A stretch of DNA of 47,129 nucleotides from Candidatus Sulfotelmatobacter sp. (GCA_030040725.1 JASHTD010000467.1:1-47129); one strand, 5' to 3'; counted from the first letter of the stretch, positions 9,092 through 17,991 are shown. A program made the numbers and translations. The notes: generated by a model from the letters alone, not told the origin.

Positions 9092-10129
9092 TCAAACCAT
9101 TCCGGTTGAGGCGCGAACCACCAACTCCGGCTGTACCGATTTGTGCGCCGCGCGAACTCTCTTTCCGTTCCTGGGTTCAGACTGGATCGCTCGCAGAAAC
9201 ATGGCCGCTCCCAGGCTTCCGAGTTTTTCCATGGATTGCCGCACCGTAGTTAGTGGTGGATTGTAGAATGCTGCGGCCGCAACGTCATCGAAGCCTATGA
9301 CCGAGCATCCACCCGGCACGTTTATCCCCGCCTGGGTCAACGCGCGAATGGCGCCGAATGCGGTCATGTCATCAAAAGCGATGACTGCCGTGAAGCGGCC
9401 ACGGCCGCGAAGAAGCTTCATCATTGCCTTAAAACCCGCTTCCGAACTCGAGGCCGTATCCTGCAATTCGGTAATCAGGTGCGAATTTAACGACAGTTTG
9501 TTGTCGTGCGCGAAGTCCGTGATGCCCGCCCAACGATGGGCGCTATCCACGACCTGCTTAGGACCGCGGATGAAGGCAATCTGCCGGTGTCCGAGCTCAA
9601 ATAAGTGAGCAATCGCCAGCCTCGCACCAGCCTTATTGTCGACTGAAACCGAACTGATTCCCGCGTGATTGGACTCCCGCCCGATTACCACCACCGGGAT
9701 CCCGTTTTTGGCAAAGGTTCCCAGCATCTCCGTCTGCAGTTGCAGGGAGTTAGCGACTGCGATGACCCCTTCAATCCGCCGCTCGAACAAAGTGGCAACA
9801 TACTGCCGAAAGCGGCTGCGGCTATTCTGAACGTCAATCAGAACCGGCAAATAAGAAGACCCGTAGAGGGATTTATTGATTCCCAGCAACACCTGCGCAC
9901 AGTATGGGTCGCTGACATCGGGAACCAGCAGGGCAACCGCGTGGCTGCGGCTGCTTCGTAGGGCGCGGGCAAACTGGTTTGGGTGATAGCCCAGCTTTCG
10001 TGCCCAGTCGCGAATCTCATTTTTCGTTTTTTCCGGGATGTGGCGCCCAGCTGGGGAGTCGTTCATGACCAGCGAGATCGTGGTGGGAGAAAATCCGCTG
10101 GCTTTAGCAAAATCTCGAATCGTAATCAT
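9092..10129 (-). CDS. LacI-family transcriptional regulator
   Basis: 345 aa with N-terminal HTH ITIRDFAKASGFSPTTISLVMND...YHPNQFARALR, followed by a periplasmic-binding-fold sugar-sensing domain. Confidence 0.92.
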   Translation of the reverse strand: MITIRDFAKASGFSPTTISLVMNDSPAGRHIPEKTKNEIRDWARKLGYHPNQFARALRSSRSHAVALLVPDVSDPYCAQVLLGINKSLYGSSYLPVLIDVQNSRSRFRQYVATLFERRIEGVIAVANSLQLQTEMLGTFAKNGIPVVVIGRESNHAGISSVSVDNKAGARLAIAHLFELGHRQIAFIRGPKQVVDSAHRWAGITDFAHDNKLSLNSHLITELQDTASSSEAGFKAMMKLLRGRGRFTAVIAFDDMTAFGAIRALTQAGINVPGGCSVIGFDDVAAAAFYNPPLTTVRQSMEKLGSLGAAMFLRAIQSEPRNGKRVRAAHKSVQPELVVRASTGMV

Positions 10130-10213
10130 GGCTTAACGAAGCTGCAAACCAGTCATGCACTCATCGAGTCTACTCAACGCCCACCACAAACGCCACGCGA
10201 CCACAGCGGTACG

Positions 10214-10259
10214 ACAAAATAGATTTGTACTACGAGCTTAATACAAAATGCATTTGTAT
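10214..10259. promoter_or_regulatory. Two copies of an AT-rich imperfect palindrome, ACAAAAT-NN-ATTTGTA, 30 bp apart
   Basis: gACAAAATAGATTTGTAc (10214..10229 core) and tACAAAATGCATTTGTAt (10244..10259 core). They lie 85-130 bp upstream of the lacI start. Confidence 0.35.
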
Positions 10260-10612
10260 TGCAGTCGTCCCAACCGAAAATGCGCCCGCGCCAATTAGGG
10301 ACCGATGAGTCCGTTCCTCAGCTGACCTCGGCAACAATATTCGACGTTTTCCTACATCAACCTGTGCGGCACGTTCTATTACTTGTGCAGTCGCTAATCC
10401 CAATGCACGAGGAAACGGCTGAAGCCGTCCAGAATGTGTCCGAAGAAAGTACACTCGATCGGTCCAGTCCGTTTCACTGGCGATGAGCGAAGTCAGAGCG
10501 CGGACAAGCTCTCCGATACCAGCGCCTCATCTTCACCCACATACCCAAGTCGCACTAGAAAGCAGCCGGCGTGAAATTGGCATACAAGATCCATAAAGGA
10601 CTCGTAAAGCTT

Positions 10613-10641
10613 TTGACAAAGGATTGGGCCTTACCTCAAAT
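10613..10641 (+). promoter_or_regulatory. Candidate sigma-70-type promoter for kdpA
   Basis: TTGACA (10613..10618), a 17-nt spacer, then TCAAAT (10636..10641), about 95 nt upstream of the kdpA ATG. The match is by eye only. Confidence 0.25.
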
Positions 10642-10736
10642 CTTTATGCACATTTTGCGAGGTCTATGATGAAATCAGGAAGGCTGAGTGCCGGTGCCAT
10701 CAGTCCTCGAACCGGCTTTCAGTCCGGTGCATCAAA

Positions 10737-12461
10737 ATGATGGCTATTGTCCATAGCGTCACACAGTATCTGCTTTTCATCGTTATCGTCACGATCCTTG
10801 TGAAGCCTCTGGGCGGATACCTGGAACGCGTCTTCACTGGGAAGCGCACCGCGCTCGATCGCATTCTCCTTCCGCTTGAAAAGCCCATCTATCGCGTAAC
10901 GCGGGTTGATGTAACGGCGGAAATGACGTTCCGTCAGTACGCAACCTGCTTCGTCTTTTTCGGGCTTCTCGGAACGCTCTTGCTGTATACCATTCTCCGG
11001 GTCCAGCGCTTCTTGCCATGGTTTTTCCCGGCCTACCAGACCGCCCCTCTGACTCCCGATTTAGCCTTGAATACCGCGATCAGTTTTTCGACGACCACGA
11101 CGTGGCAGGCCTACGCCGGTGAGAACACAATGAGCTATTTCAGCCAAATGGTGGGACTTTGCGCCCAGAACTTCTTGGCCGGAGCAGCCGGATTGGCGGT
11201 TGGAATTGCCTTCATTCGTGGCCTTGCAAGGCAACTCTCTGACACATTGGGCAACTTCTGGGTGGATTTAGTGCGCTCGCTGCTATGGGTGCTGTTGCCG
11301 GCATCATTGATCGGAGCCCTCCTTCTGGTCTGGCAGGGAGTTCCGATGAACTTCCACCACTATGCGGTGGTGACCACCGTCGAAGGCAGCAAGCAGGTCA
11401 TAGCACAGGGTCCGGTTGCAGCTCTTGAAATTATCAAGAACCTGGGCACAAACGGAGGCGGATTCTTTAATGCAAACGGCGCACATCCATACGAGAATCC
11501 AACTCCGCTCAGCAATTTTCTCGAGATGCTGGCGATCGTGCTTCTGCCCGCTGCATTGACCAACACCTTCGGCAGGATGGTCGGCCAGCCCCGACAGGGA
11601 TGGGTCTTCTACTACGTGATGGTGTTTCTTTTCGCCTGCGGCCTGCTTTCTGTGCACTGCTTCGAGCAGCGAGCCAATCCTCTGATCAGCAATGTGGGCT
11701 CTCGAAGCAGTCAACTTCAGTCGGGAGGGAACATGGAAGGGAAAGAGGTCCGGTTCGGCGTCACAGGTTCCACCCTGACCGCAGTCGTGACTTCGAACAC
11801 CGCGACCGGATCCTACAACTCTATGCACGACAGCTTTAGCTCATTGGGCGGAATGGTTCTTCTAGTAAACATGTTGCTCGGCGAATTAGTTTTTGGAGGT
11901 CTGGGCAGTGGTCTCTACAGCATGGTTATGGCGGCCGCCATTGCCGTATTTCTCGGCGGTTTGATGGTCGGCCGTAGCCCGGAATATCTCGGCAAGAAGA
12001 TAGGACCTCCCGAAAACAAAATGATCGTGCTGTACGCCCTTGCTGCGCCACTAGTGGTACTTCCCCTCACCGCCATTGCTGTCAGCGCTCATGCCGGACT
12101 CTCAGGTCTGACAACGAATAGCGGCCCGCATGGTTTTACAGAAATCTTATTCGCCTACACATCGTGCTTCGCCAACAACGGTCAAACTTTTGCCGGCCTA
12201 AGTGCAAACAGTCCGTTTTATAACCTCACGACGGCGCTTGCGATGATGGTCGGGCGATTTGGACTCGCAATTCCAGCGCTGGCTTTGGCGGCGTTGTTTG
12301 GACGTCAGCGAAACACTCCTGCCACATCGGGAACACTGCCGACTCACTCTTTCATGTTCGCCCTACTGCTGACAGCTTGCCTGATCGTTATGGCCGCGGT
12401 GAGCTACCTGCCCTCCCTGGCTCTGGGACCGATACTGGAACGTTTGCAGTTCGGAGCCTGA
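10737..12461 (+). CDS. kdpA: Potassium-transporting ATPase subunit A (KdpA), full length
   Basis: 574 aa, colinear with E. coli KdpA as I recall it. All four selectivity-filter regions are present (TTTWQAY, GTNGGGFFNANGAHPYENPT, TSNTATGSYNSMHDSF, ANNGQTFAGLSANSPF), as is GRSPEYLGKKI. Confidence 0.95.
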   Translation: MMAIVHSVTQYLLFIVIVTILVKPLGGYLERVFTGKRTALDRILLPLEKPIYRVTRVDVTAEMTFRQYATCFVFFGLLGTLLLYTILRVQRFLPWFFPAYQTAPLTPDLALNTAISFSTTTTWQAYAGENTMSYFSQMVGLCAQNFLAGAAGLAVGIAFIRGLARQLSDTLGNFWVDLVRSLLWVLLPASLIGALLLVWQGVPMNFHHYAVVTTVEGSKQVIAQGPVAALEIIKNLGTNGGGFFNANGAHPYENPTPLSNFLEMLAIVLLPAALTNTFGRMVGQPRQGWVFYYVMVFLFACGLLSVHCFEQRANPLISNVGSRSSQLQSGGNMEGKEVRFGVTGSTLTAVVTSNTATGSYNSMHDSFSSLGGMVLLVNMLLGELVFGGLGSGLYSMVMAAAIAVFLGGLMVGRSPEYLGKKIGPPENKMIVLYALAAPLVVLPLTAIAVSAHAGLSGLTTNSGPHGFTEILFAYTSCFANNGQTFAGLSANSPFYNLTTALAMMVGRFGLAIPALALAALFGRQRNTPATSGTLPTHSFMFALLLTACLIVMAAVSYLPSLALGPILERLQFGA

Positions 12462-12620
12462 CATCTACAAACTCGCAACGGAAGCAAGTGACGACAACCT
12501 AGCGCAGGCACTTTTGACGGCATATCACCGCGGCTATGGCTGGCCTTTCAGTGAAATCAGCTTCCCGAATCAACACAGGGCAATTAAACCCTATGTTGCA
12601 TGAGAGCTACCGTGGCCAAT

Positions 12621-15164
12621 TTATTGTTGGTCGAGGAGTCCGTACGTCGGAGGATCCAGTGTTCCCATGAATGCGTCGCTTGGGGACGAGAGATAGAGGT
12701 CGTACCGCAACGTTCCCATTGGGGTGCCCAATTGCAGTGACGTGACTCCAGCGGAGTTCGGTGTGGCTAGAAACTGGGGATTGTCAATAACCGTACTTGT
12801 CGCAATTCCCATCGCTCCAACATCAGAAAGACCCTGGATCGTCTCCTGCCCACTAAAGTTCAGCCACATGAGGGACTCCGTCTGCATGGTCATATCAAAC
12901 GCGGTCATGCTGTAGGTGCCGGATAAGCTTGCGGTGCTATAAGGTGCGCCCGTCTGTACGTCAGCTTCACCGACAGGTGCAGTCAAACTGCTCGCATTGG
13001 GCAAGCTGTAGCATTGCAGGACAAAGAGTCGGAACGGAGACACAACGTAAAATACGTACAGGCGGTGATCAGTTTCGGTTTGTCCCGCCATCGTACCTTG
13101 AGTGCTGAGCATCCCCCGGCCGTTCACGCCATTGTTGCTGACGTTATAACCCCCGGTCATGCTCTCGCCATCGCGAACCCCACCCATATTTCCGGCGCCG
13201 TCGAGATCAAATCTTCCGATCTGTTCAAAGTCAAAATAATTCAGAGTTCCGCTATTCACCTGAACTGGTTGATCCACCTGGAAAGCGTAATAGCCGGAGA
13301 GCGATGATATGTCATAAGTCTGCGCGGTTTGTAACTCCGCCAAACCAAGAACTGTGTTCGCAGGAGCTGCGTCCGTCCCAATGAGATATAGCTTCGCGGA
13401 GCTGATCATATAGATGGCATAGTTGGACGTGCCGGAGACGCTGATCAATTGCAATGTGCCCCTGCCATTTGCGCTAACCGTGTAGCTGGATGTGGCTAGA
13501 GGAACCTGAAGCGAGACTGTGCCGAAGTCATTGACGTCTTCGACGCCGCTGGTCAGCGAGCCTGCGCCGTTCACAGCGAACATTCCCACCATACCGAACG
13601 GTTGCGGCAAGTTCGTAGAATTGTGGCCGGAGTCGATGCCGGCCGCCCGGAAAACGTATGTGCCGTTCACGGCTGCAGCATTGAAGGCAGCCGGATTTTG
13701 CAGCTCCAGACTTCCTTTGGCGCTTCCGAGCCCATCAAACTGGATAAGGCTGCCGATGTTCCCGCTAGAACTCAGCACGAAGCGTAATGTGATCCCTGAT
13801 GGGTGGCAAGCATTGGGGTTGAAGATGAGAAGGCCTCGCCCGTCGGGATAAACTACCGAAGTACCGCTGACTGCTACGTTCTGTTGCACCCCCGCAGGAC
13901 TATTTGAATCTTCCACGCCGGAAATGTTTCCTTGAGCATCAGCTGAGATACTGCCGGCAAAGAACGCCAGTCCTTGGTTGCTGTCGGAAGTCAGGCTGAA
14001 GGCATACGGGCCGGTGAAAGCGGCGTAAACACTGTCGACTACATTCAGGGCAGTCGATCCGGTAACAGCCGTCGAACTCGCGTTGATAGTCACTAAACCC
14101 ACGGAAACGGCCGTGACAAGGCCTCCGGCGGCGGCGGACGCCTTGGTGGTGGCCGAGGTGCTCCACTGCGCAACGCTAGTCAAGTCTTGGGTGCTGCCGT
14201 CGTTGTAATGACCGAGTGCATGGAACTGCTGTTGTCCTCCCACAAGCAGCGCGGGTCCGGCCGGGCTCAGCACGAGAGACTGAAGAACTGGGAGGACGGA
14301 AAGCTGAATGCTGGCGGAAAGTGGGCCCATGCTGGCTGTGACTGTTACAGTTCCCCTCTTAAGGCCAGCGACAAGGCCGGCCTGATTGACAGAAGCCAAG
14401 CTGGTTGCTGACGAACTCCAGGTTACTCCACTGACTGGTCGTGGGGGTTTTCCGTCCTGGTAGGTACCCATGGCGGTCAGCTGCAGTGAGCTTCCGATAT
14501 TGACGGTGTTAGGGTTGGCAGTAATCGAGAGTGAGAGGAGACTGTCGGTTACACTTACCTGGGCAGAGCCCGTCATTCCGCCGTAGTTTGCCTGAACATC
14601 CGCGCTTCCAGCAGCGATCGGCGTCATCAACCCACTGCTGCTGATACTCGCAATGGCCGTCGCGCTGGACGACCATGTTGCGCTCCTAGTTACATTGCTC
14701 GAAGTGCCATCGTTGTAATGCGCGAAGGCATTGAGTTGCAGCGACGAACCAACACTTGTGCTGTAAACATTTGTTAAAGGTATGACCGAGAGGGACACGA
14801 GTGTGTGAGTCACGCTGAAGCTCATAGAGCCTGTAATCGAGTCGAGAGTGGCGGCGATCTTGACTTGCCCAACCGCGATGGCAGTCACCGATCCGGTTTT
14901 GCTGACGCTAGCAGTACTGGCGGATGAAGAACTCCAACTCACGGTGGAGGTAACATTCTTTGTGCTGCCGTCGCTGTATTTCGCGGTGGCCGTCAGTTGC
15001 TCGCTCTGTCCGACGGTGATTGACGCGTTCGCGGAAGTGACGACAATCGAGGTTAACGACGGCGTCGAACTCTGCGGAATAGTAGGAGAAAATGCACCGC
15101 TTCCACAGCTCGCAAGTAAGAAAAGCCACATCAATGGGAAACATAGCGAGAGACGCGTGCGCAT
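12621..15164 (-). CDS. Lipoprotein with four Big_2 (bacterial Ig-like group 2) domains and a ~470-aa repeat-structured C-terminal region of unknown family
   Basis: Lipobox LFLLASC|GSG. Four ~85-aa units of the type ITVGQSEQLTATAKYSDGSTKNVTSTVSWSSSSASTASV...G.VTAIA.G. The C-terminal half has no family I recognise. Confidence 0.8.
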   Translation of the reverse strand: MRTRLSLCFPLMWLFLLASCGSGAFSPTIPQSSTPSLTSIVVTSANASITVGQSEQLTATAKYSDGSTKNVTSTVSWSSSSASTASVSKTGSVTAIAVGQVKIAATLDSITGSMSFSVTHTLVSLSVIPLTNVYSTSVGSSLQLNAFAHYNDGTSSNVTRSATWSSSATAIASISSSGLMTPIAAGSADVQANYGGMTGSAQVSVTDSLLSLSITANPNTVNIGSSLQLTAMGTYQDGKPPRPVSGVTWSSSATSLASVNQAGLVAGLKRGTVTVTASMGPLSASIQLSVLPVLQSLVLSPAGPALLVGGQQQFHALGHYNDGSTQDLTSVAQWSTSATTKASAAAGGLVTAVSVGLVTINASSTAVTGSTALNVVDSVYAAFTGPYAFSLTSDSNQGLAFFAGSISADAQGNISGVEDSNSPAGVQQNVAVSGTSVVYPDGRGLLIFNPNACHPSGITLRFVLSSSGNIGSLIQFDGLGSAKGSLELQNPAAFNAAAVNGTYVFRAAGIDSGHNSTNLPQPFGMVGMFAVNGAGSLTSGVEDVNDFGTVSLQVPLATSSYTVSANGRGTLQLISVSGTSNYAIYMISSAKLYLIGTDAAPANTVLGLAELQTAQTYDISSLSGYYAFQVDQPVQVNSGTLNYFDFEQIGRFDLDGAGNMGGVRDGESMTGGYNVSNNGVNGRGMLSTQGTMAGQTETDHRLYVFYVVSPFRLFVLQCYSLPNASSLTAPVGEADVQTGAPYSTASLSGTYSMTAFDMTMQTESLMWLNFSGQETIQGLSDVGAMGIATSTVIDNPQFLATPNSAGVTSLQLGTPMGTLRYDLYLSSPSDAFMGTLDPPTYGLLDQQ

Positions 15165-15265
15165 ATTGAAAACAACTCCTGAGATCGATTATCGGGGAGG
15201 CAGTTCTCGCCACTTCCGTGGGAGTCTTTTTACTAACGCAATGAGGGAGATTGTTGAAACCGCAC

Positions 15266-15288
15266 GTGACTCGACACCGTTGAGTCAC
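15266..15288 (-). terminator. Hairpin immediately after the OMP gene stop
   Basis: GTGACTC-gacaccgtt-GAGTCAC (7-bp stem) starts 4 nt after the stop at 15292. The U-tract is weak. Confidence 0.3.
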
Positions 15289-15291
15289 CAA

Positions 15292-15915
15292 CTACCAAGC
15301 AGTCTCCGCAGTCTTTCTCGTGCGAACGACAAGGCTTACACTCAACCGAAGATTGTTTTGAGGTAATGCTGCTCCGCTCGAGTCATAAAAGAGCGTACGC
15401 AAATAATCTCCGTTGAAGCGGACAGCGAATCGCCCCGAGACAGACTGCTCGAATCCTCCGCCGAATGCGAGAGAGGGACGCACCAACCATCCGTGATATA
15501 CACCACCTCTCGCGGGCACTGCACCGTCGATTAGCGCTGAGCCACCGAGCGCGCGAGCAAAAAACCGGGTCCCCCTGTGTACGAAAGGATAGAACTCGGG
15601 ACCGAATTGGGTGTTCAGCATATAGGCTTGATGCCCTGTGCCTGGGACGTCGGAGGTACGGAGGTAATTCGTGTCGAGTACTGCATCCCAACGCGGGTTC
15701 CAGGCGACGGAACCGCTGGCGTCCAGACCATTAAGGTGCACCTGCCCTGCGCCAGGAACCGGCATTGCGAGGTAGGTGTAGCCAGTACTGAAATCGTAAG
15801 CCGGGCCAGTCACTGCTGGCGACGGAGCGGTTAGCAGATTCTGCGCTGCGGCAGGCACGATCAGCATAATCATCAAAAGCGAGAGCTTACCCGCGGTTCG
15901 TATCGTGTTCCTCAT
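15292..15915 (-). CDS. Small outer-membrane beta-barrel protein (OmpW/OmpA-beta-barrel-like), hypothetical
   Basis: 207 aa with signal peptide (LSLLMIMLIVPAAAQN) and alternating aromatic/Gly-rich strands. The C-terminal residue is aromatic (W). The family call is by composition only. Confidence 0.55.
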   Translation of the reverse strand: MRNTIRTAGKLSLLMIMLIVPAAAQNLLTAPSPAVTGPAYDFSTGYTYLAMPVPGAGQVHLNGLDASGSVAWNPRWDAVLDTNYLRTSDVPGTGHQAYMLNTQFGPEFYPFVHRGTRFFARALGGSALIDGAVPARGGVYHGWLVRPSLAFGGGFEQSVSGRFAVRFNGDYLRTLFYDSSGAALPQNNLRLSVSLVVRTRKTAETAW

Positions 15916-16003
15916 TTCGTCCTTTCTGATCGACAGTACTGGCTTAGGAGAGGGCGCAAACCTGAACCGAACAGAGTGCCAATGCCGTCCGACAGGTGCG
16001 CTG

Positions 16004-17632
16004 TCACTTCGCGGGATTCTCCGCCACTAGTTTGCGATCAGCTTGGCTATATCGTAGAAAAGGGGAAAATGGGCTGACCTCGAACGGCATCTTTTCACTT
16101 GCCGACAAAGGAGCAACCGGTTTCGTGCTCATCATCGAGATTTGATTACTCCATGGATCCAGCTTGATCCTGCTGCCAATGGGAAGAGCAGCTATTTGAT
16201 CGAGACGAAGCTTTTCAAAACGTGGAGCGGCGTTCAACAGTCCGGCCATTCGGATATTTTTCCCGATCGCCATTCTGTTGCCCAGCTGCGGTCTGATCAG
16301 ATTCGTGAGAATCAGAGAACGATCGTGTAACGCTGTGAGAAACAGGCCCGCACTCGACAGCTTGTCCTTATATGATGAGTTCGCCAACAACTCGATAGCT
16401 TTATTGTCGGCAGCTTTCTCATCCGCTGCGTTCCGTGCGAAATCCAAACGTCGAAACGTCTCAGGATCGGGAAAGAAGAAGCGATCGCTGAAGGCAAACC
16501 TGGTGTCGACGCGATGGCCTAACACAATATGGCCGAGTTCATGAGCCAGGATGGCCGCCAGAGATGATTCATCCGGTAGCACATCCAGAAGACCACGGCT
16601 GACTACAATCGTGTGCCCAATCGTGAAAGATTCCAAAGGCAGTGTCAGCAGCACGCGACAACGTACCTCCGGCTCGATCTCCAGTTTGTTACCGATGATG
16701 AGATTGTTGACCACGCTCTGCAGGACGTTGTCTACATCGCTAGCGGGCGCGATCAAGCCGATCTTCTGCAGATGGTCCAGCGCATTGTCTTCGGCCATCC
16801 GCTCCCACATGCGCTGGGCTTTCACCGGGCCGTTATCTTCATCAAAGGAACGATCATTCACCGTGCTGTCGACTGTGATTTGCGTAAATTCGTCGTCGCG
16901 ACTCAGTTGCTCTGGTTCGTAGGACCATAAACGGGTTTGTGCTTTGAAGTACGCGTCATGGGACAGCGGACTGCCTGGTTGTCTGCCTGATTCTTCGGCG
17001 TAAATGTAGGACGGAAGCCAAACGTCCGCTTGCAAATTGAAACGCCAGCTATCAAAGTGCAAATAATATTTGTATTGTGAGCTTCCAGAGTAAGTCCCGT
17101 TGAAGCGGACGATGTTGAAGTCGCGGTCTTCTACCCAGATTCTTCCGGTAAACAATCCTCTGCGTGCTTGGTCTCTGGGTTGAACATCGATGACAATGCA
17201 GCGTACTTCTCCCAGAAACTCACGCCGCACGAAACTGAAACGATAATTGCCCTTCTGAAAGTCTGAATCGAGAATCACCATCTGCGCAAAGCCCTGCGGA
17301 ATAAATTTTTCCGAAAAGGCCGATGTGAAAGGGTTAGACGATCCGCCGTGCTGCTTCTTGAACAATGACTCGCGGAGAGTAGCATTCAAAAAAACGCGGC
17401 CGAGGAAATATTGATCACTGATCGGCTCGACCTCATGATCCTGGCCTTGGTGAAGCTTCTGAATATAGGTTTCGGCCAAAGGATGCATGTCCCTCATCGT
17501 CGCGACGAACTTGTGTTCGCGGTCTACCATGCGATCGACCGTTTGATCGAATGAAAGTTGCGCGGACTCGGTCGCCGCAACTGGGGTGACTGACACGAGC
17601 AGCAAGATGATGAGTGTTCTGAAGTTGTGCAT
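16004..17632 (-). CDS. Secreted M48-family zinc metallopeptidase with a large N-terminal domain of unknown function
   Basis: 542 aa with signal peptide. HExxH zinc motif in LAAILAHELGHIVLGH at about aa 360, preceded by about 300 aa with no family I recognise. Confidence 0.8.
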   Translation of the reverse strand: MHNFRTLIILLLVSVTPVAATESAQLSFDQTVDRMVDREHKFVATMRDMHPLAETYIQKLHQGQDHEVEPISDQYFLGRVFLNATLRESLFKKQHGGSSNPFTSAFSEKFIPQGFAQMVILDSDFQKGNYRFSFVRREFLGEVRCIVIDVQPRDQARRGLFTGRIWVEDRDFNIVRFNGTYSGSSQYKYYLHFDSWRFNLQADVWLPSYIYAEESGRQPGSPLSHDAYFKAQTRLWSYEPEQLSRDDEFTQITVDSTVNDRSFDEDNGPVKAQRMWERMAEDNALDHLQKIGLIAPASDVDNVLQSVVNNLIIGNKLEIEPEVRCRVLLTLPLESFTIGHTIVVSRGLLDVLPDESSLAAILAHELGHIVLGHRVDTRFAFSDRFFFPDPETFRRLDFARNAADEKAADNKAIELLANSSYKDKLSSAGLFLTALHDRSLILTNLIRPQLGNRMAIGKNIRMAGLLNAAPRFEKLRLDQIAALPIGSRIKLDPWSNQISMMSTKPVAPLSASEKMPFEVSPFSPFLRYSQADRKLVAENPAK

Positions 17633-17991
17633 TAGTGGCCTTCTACAGGAACGGTGTGCGCAATCGAGTTTCCACTGGCACTCCCCAGGTCTCAGGCCCG
17701 AGATATCCGCTGGATCTGCCGCTGGAGCCTCCGAATGCTAGCTACCTAAGGCACTTAGGCCATTCATTGCTTGCGGGCGCAGGCGAGGCCTTTAAGCAAG
17801 CCTTTTGCACGTTAGTAACCTGTCTTGAGTAACAAAACTGAAAGGCTGCTGAAACTTTTGTTCACATGGAGGGATTTGTTTTCCACTACGAAGACATCGA
17901 CGTGCTACTGGCAGGTGCCTCTCCGCCCGCCTCGATCCGATCGGCAATCCGCGGCCTTGGTTTTTTCTAGGGAATAGCAATGCGAGTGGAG

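Noticed and set aside
10455-10736. Possible c-di-AMP (ydaO-type) or other riboswitch in the kdpA leader
   Set aside because: I could not find the conserved GGGGACCCA / GGGUGAAUCC-type cores or a pseudo-symmetric fold by eye. Only an Infernal scan could settle it.
10666-10740. 24-codon ORF (MMKSGRLSAGAISPRTGFQSGASK) whose stop overlaps the kdpA ATG, considered as kdpF
   Set aside because: KdpF is a single very hydrophobic transmembrane helix. This peptide is hydrophilic and basic, so it is probably not kdpF. At most it is a leader peptide, for which I have no evidence.
12462-12620. Possible remnant of the 5' end of kdpB after kdpA
   Set aside because: Translating all three plus frames gives short peptides (for example TSTNSQRKQVTTT*) with no convincing match to the conserved KdpB N-terminus (K/R..LF.P.....A...KL.P......NPVMFVV). 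The RKQ resemblance is too short to count.
17792-17980. 62-aa minus-strand ORF in the 427-bp spacer
   Set aside because: It is highly basic and Arg-rich with no RBS and no motif. It overlaps hairpin-forming sequence, so it is more likely non-coding.
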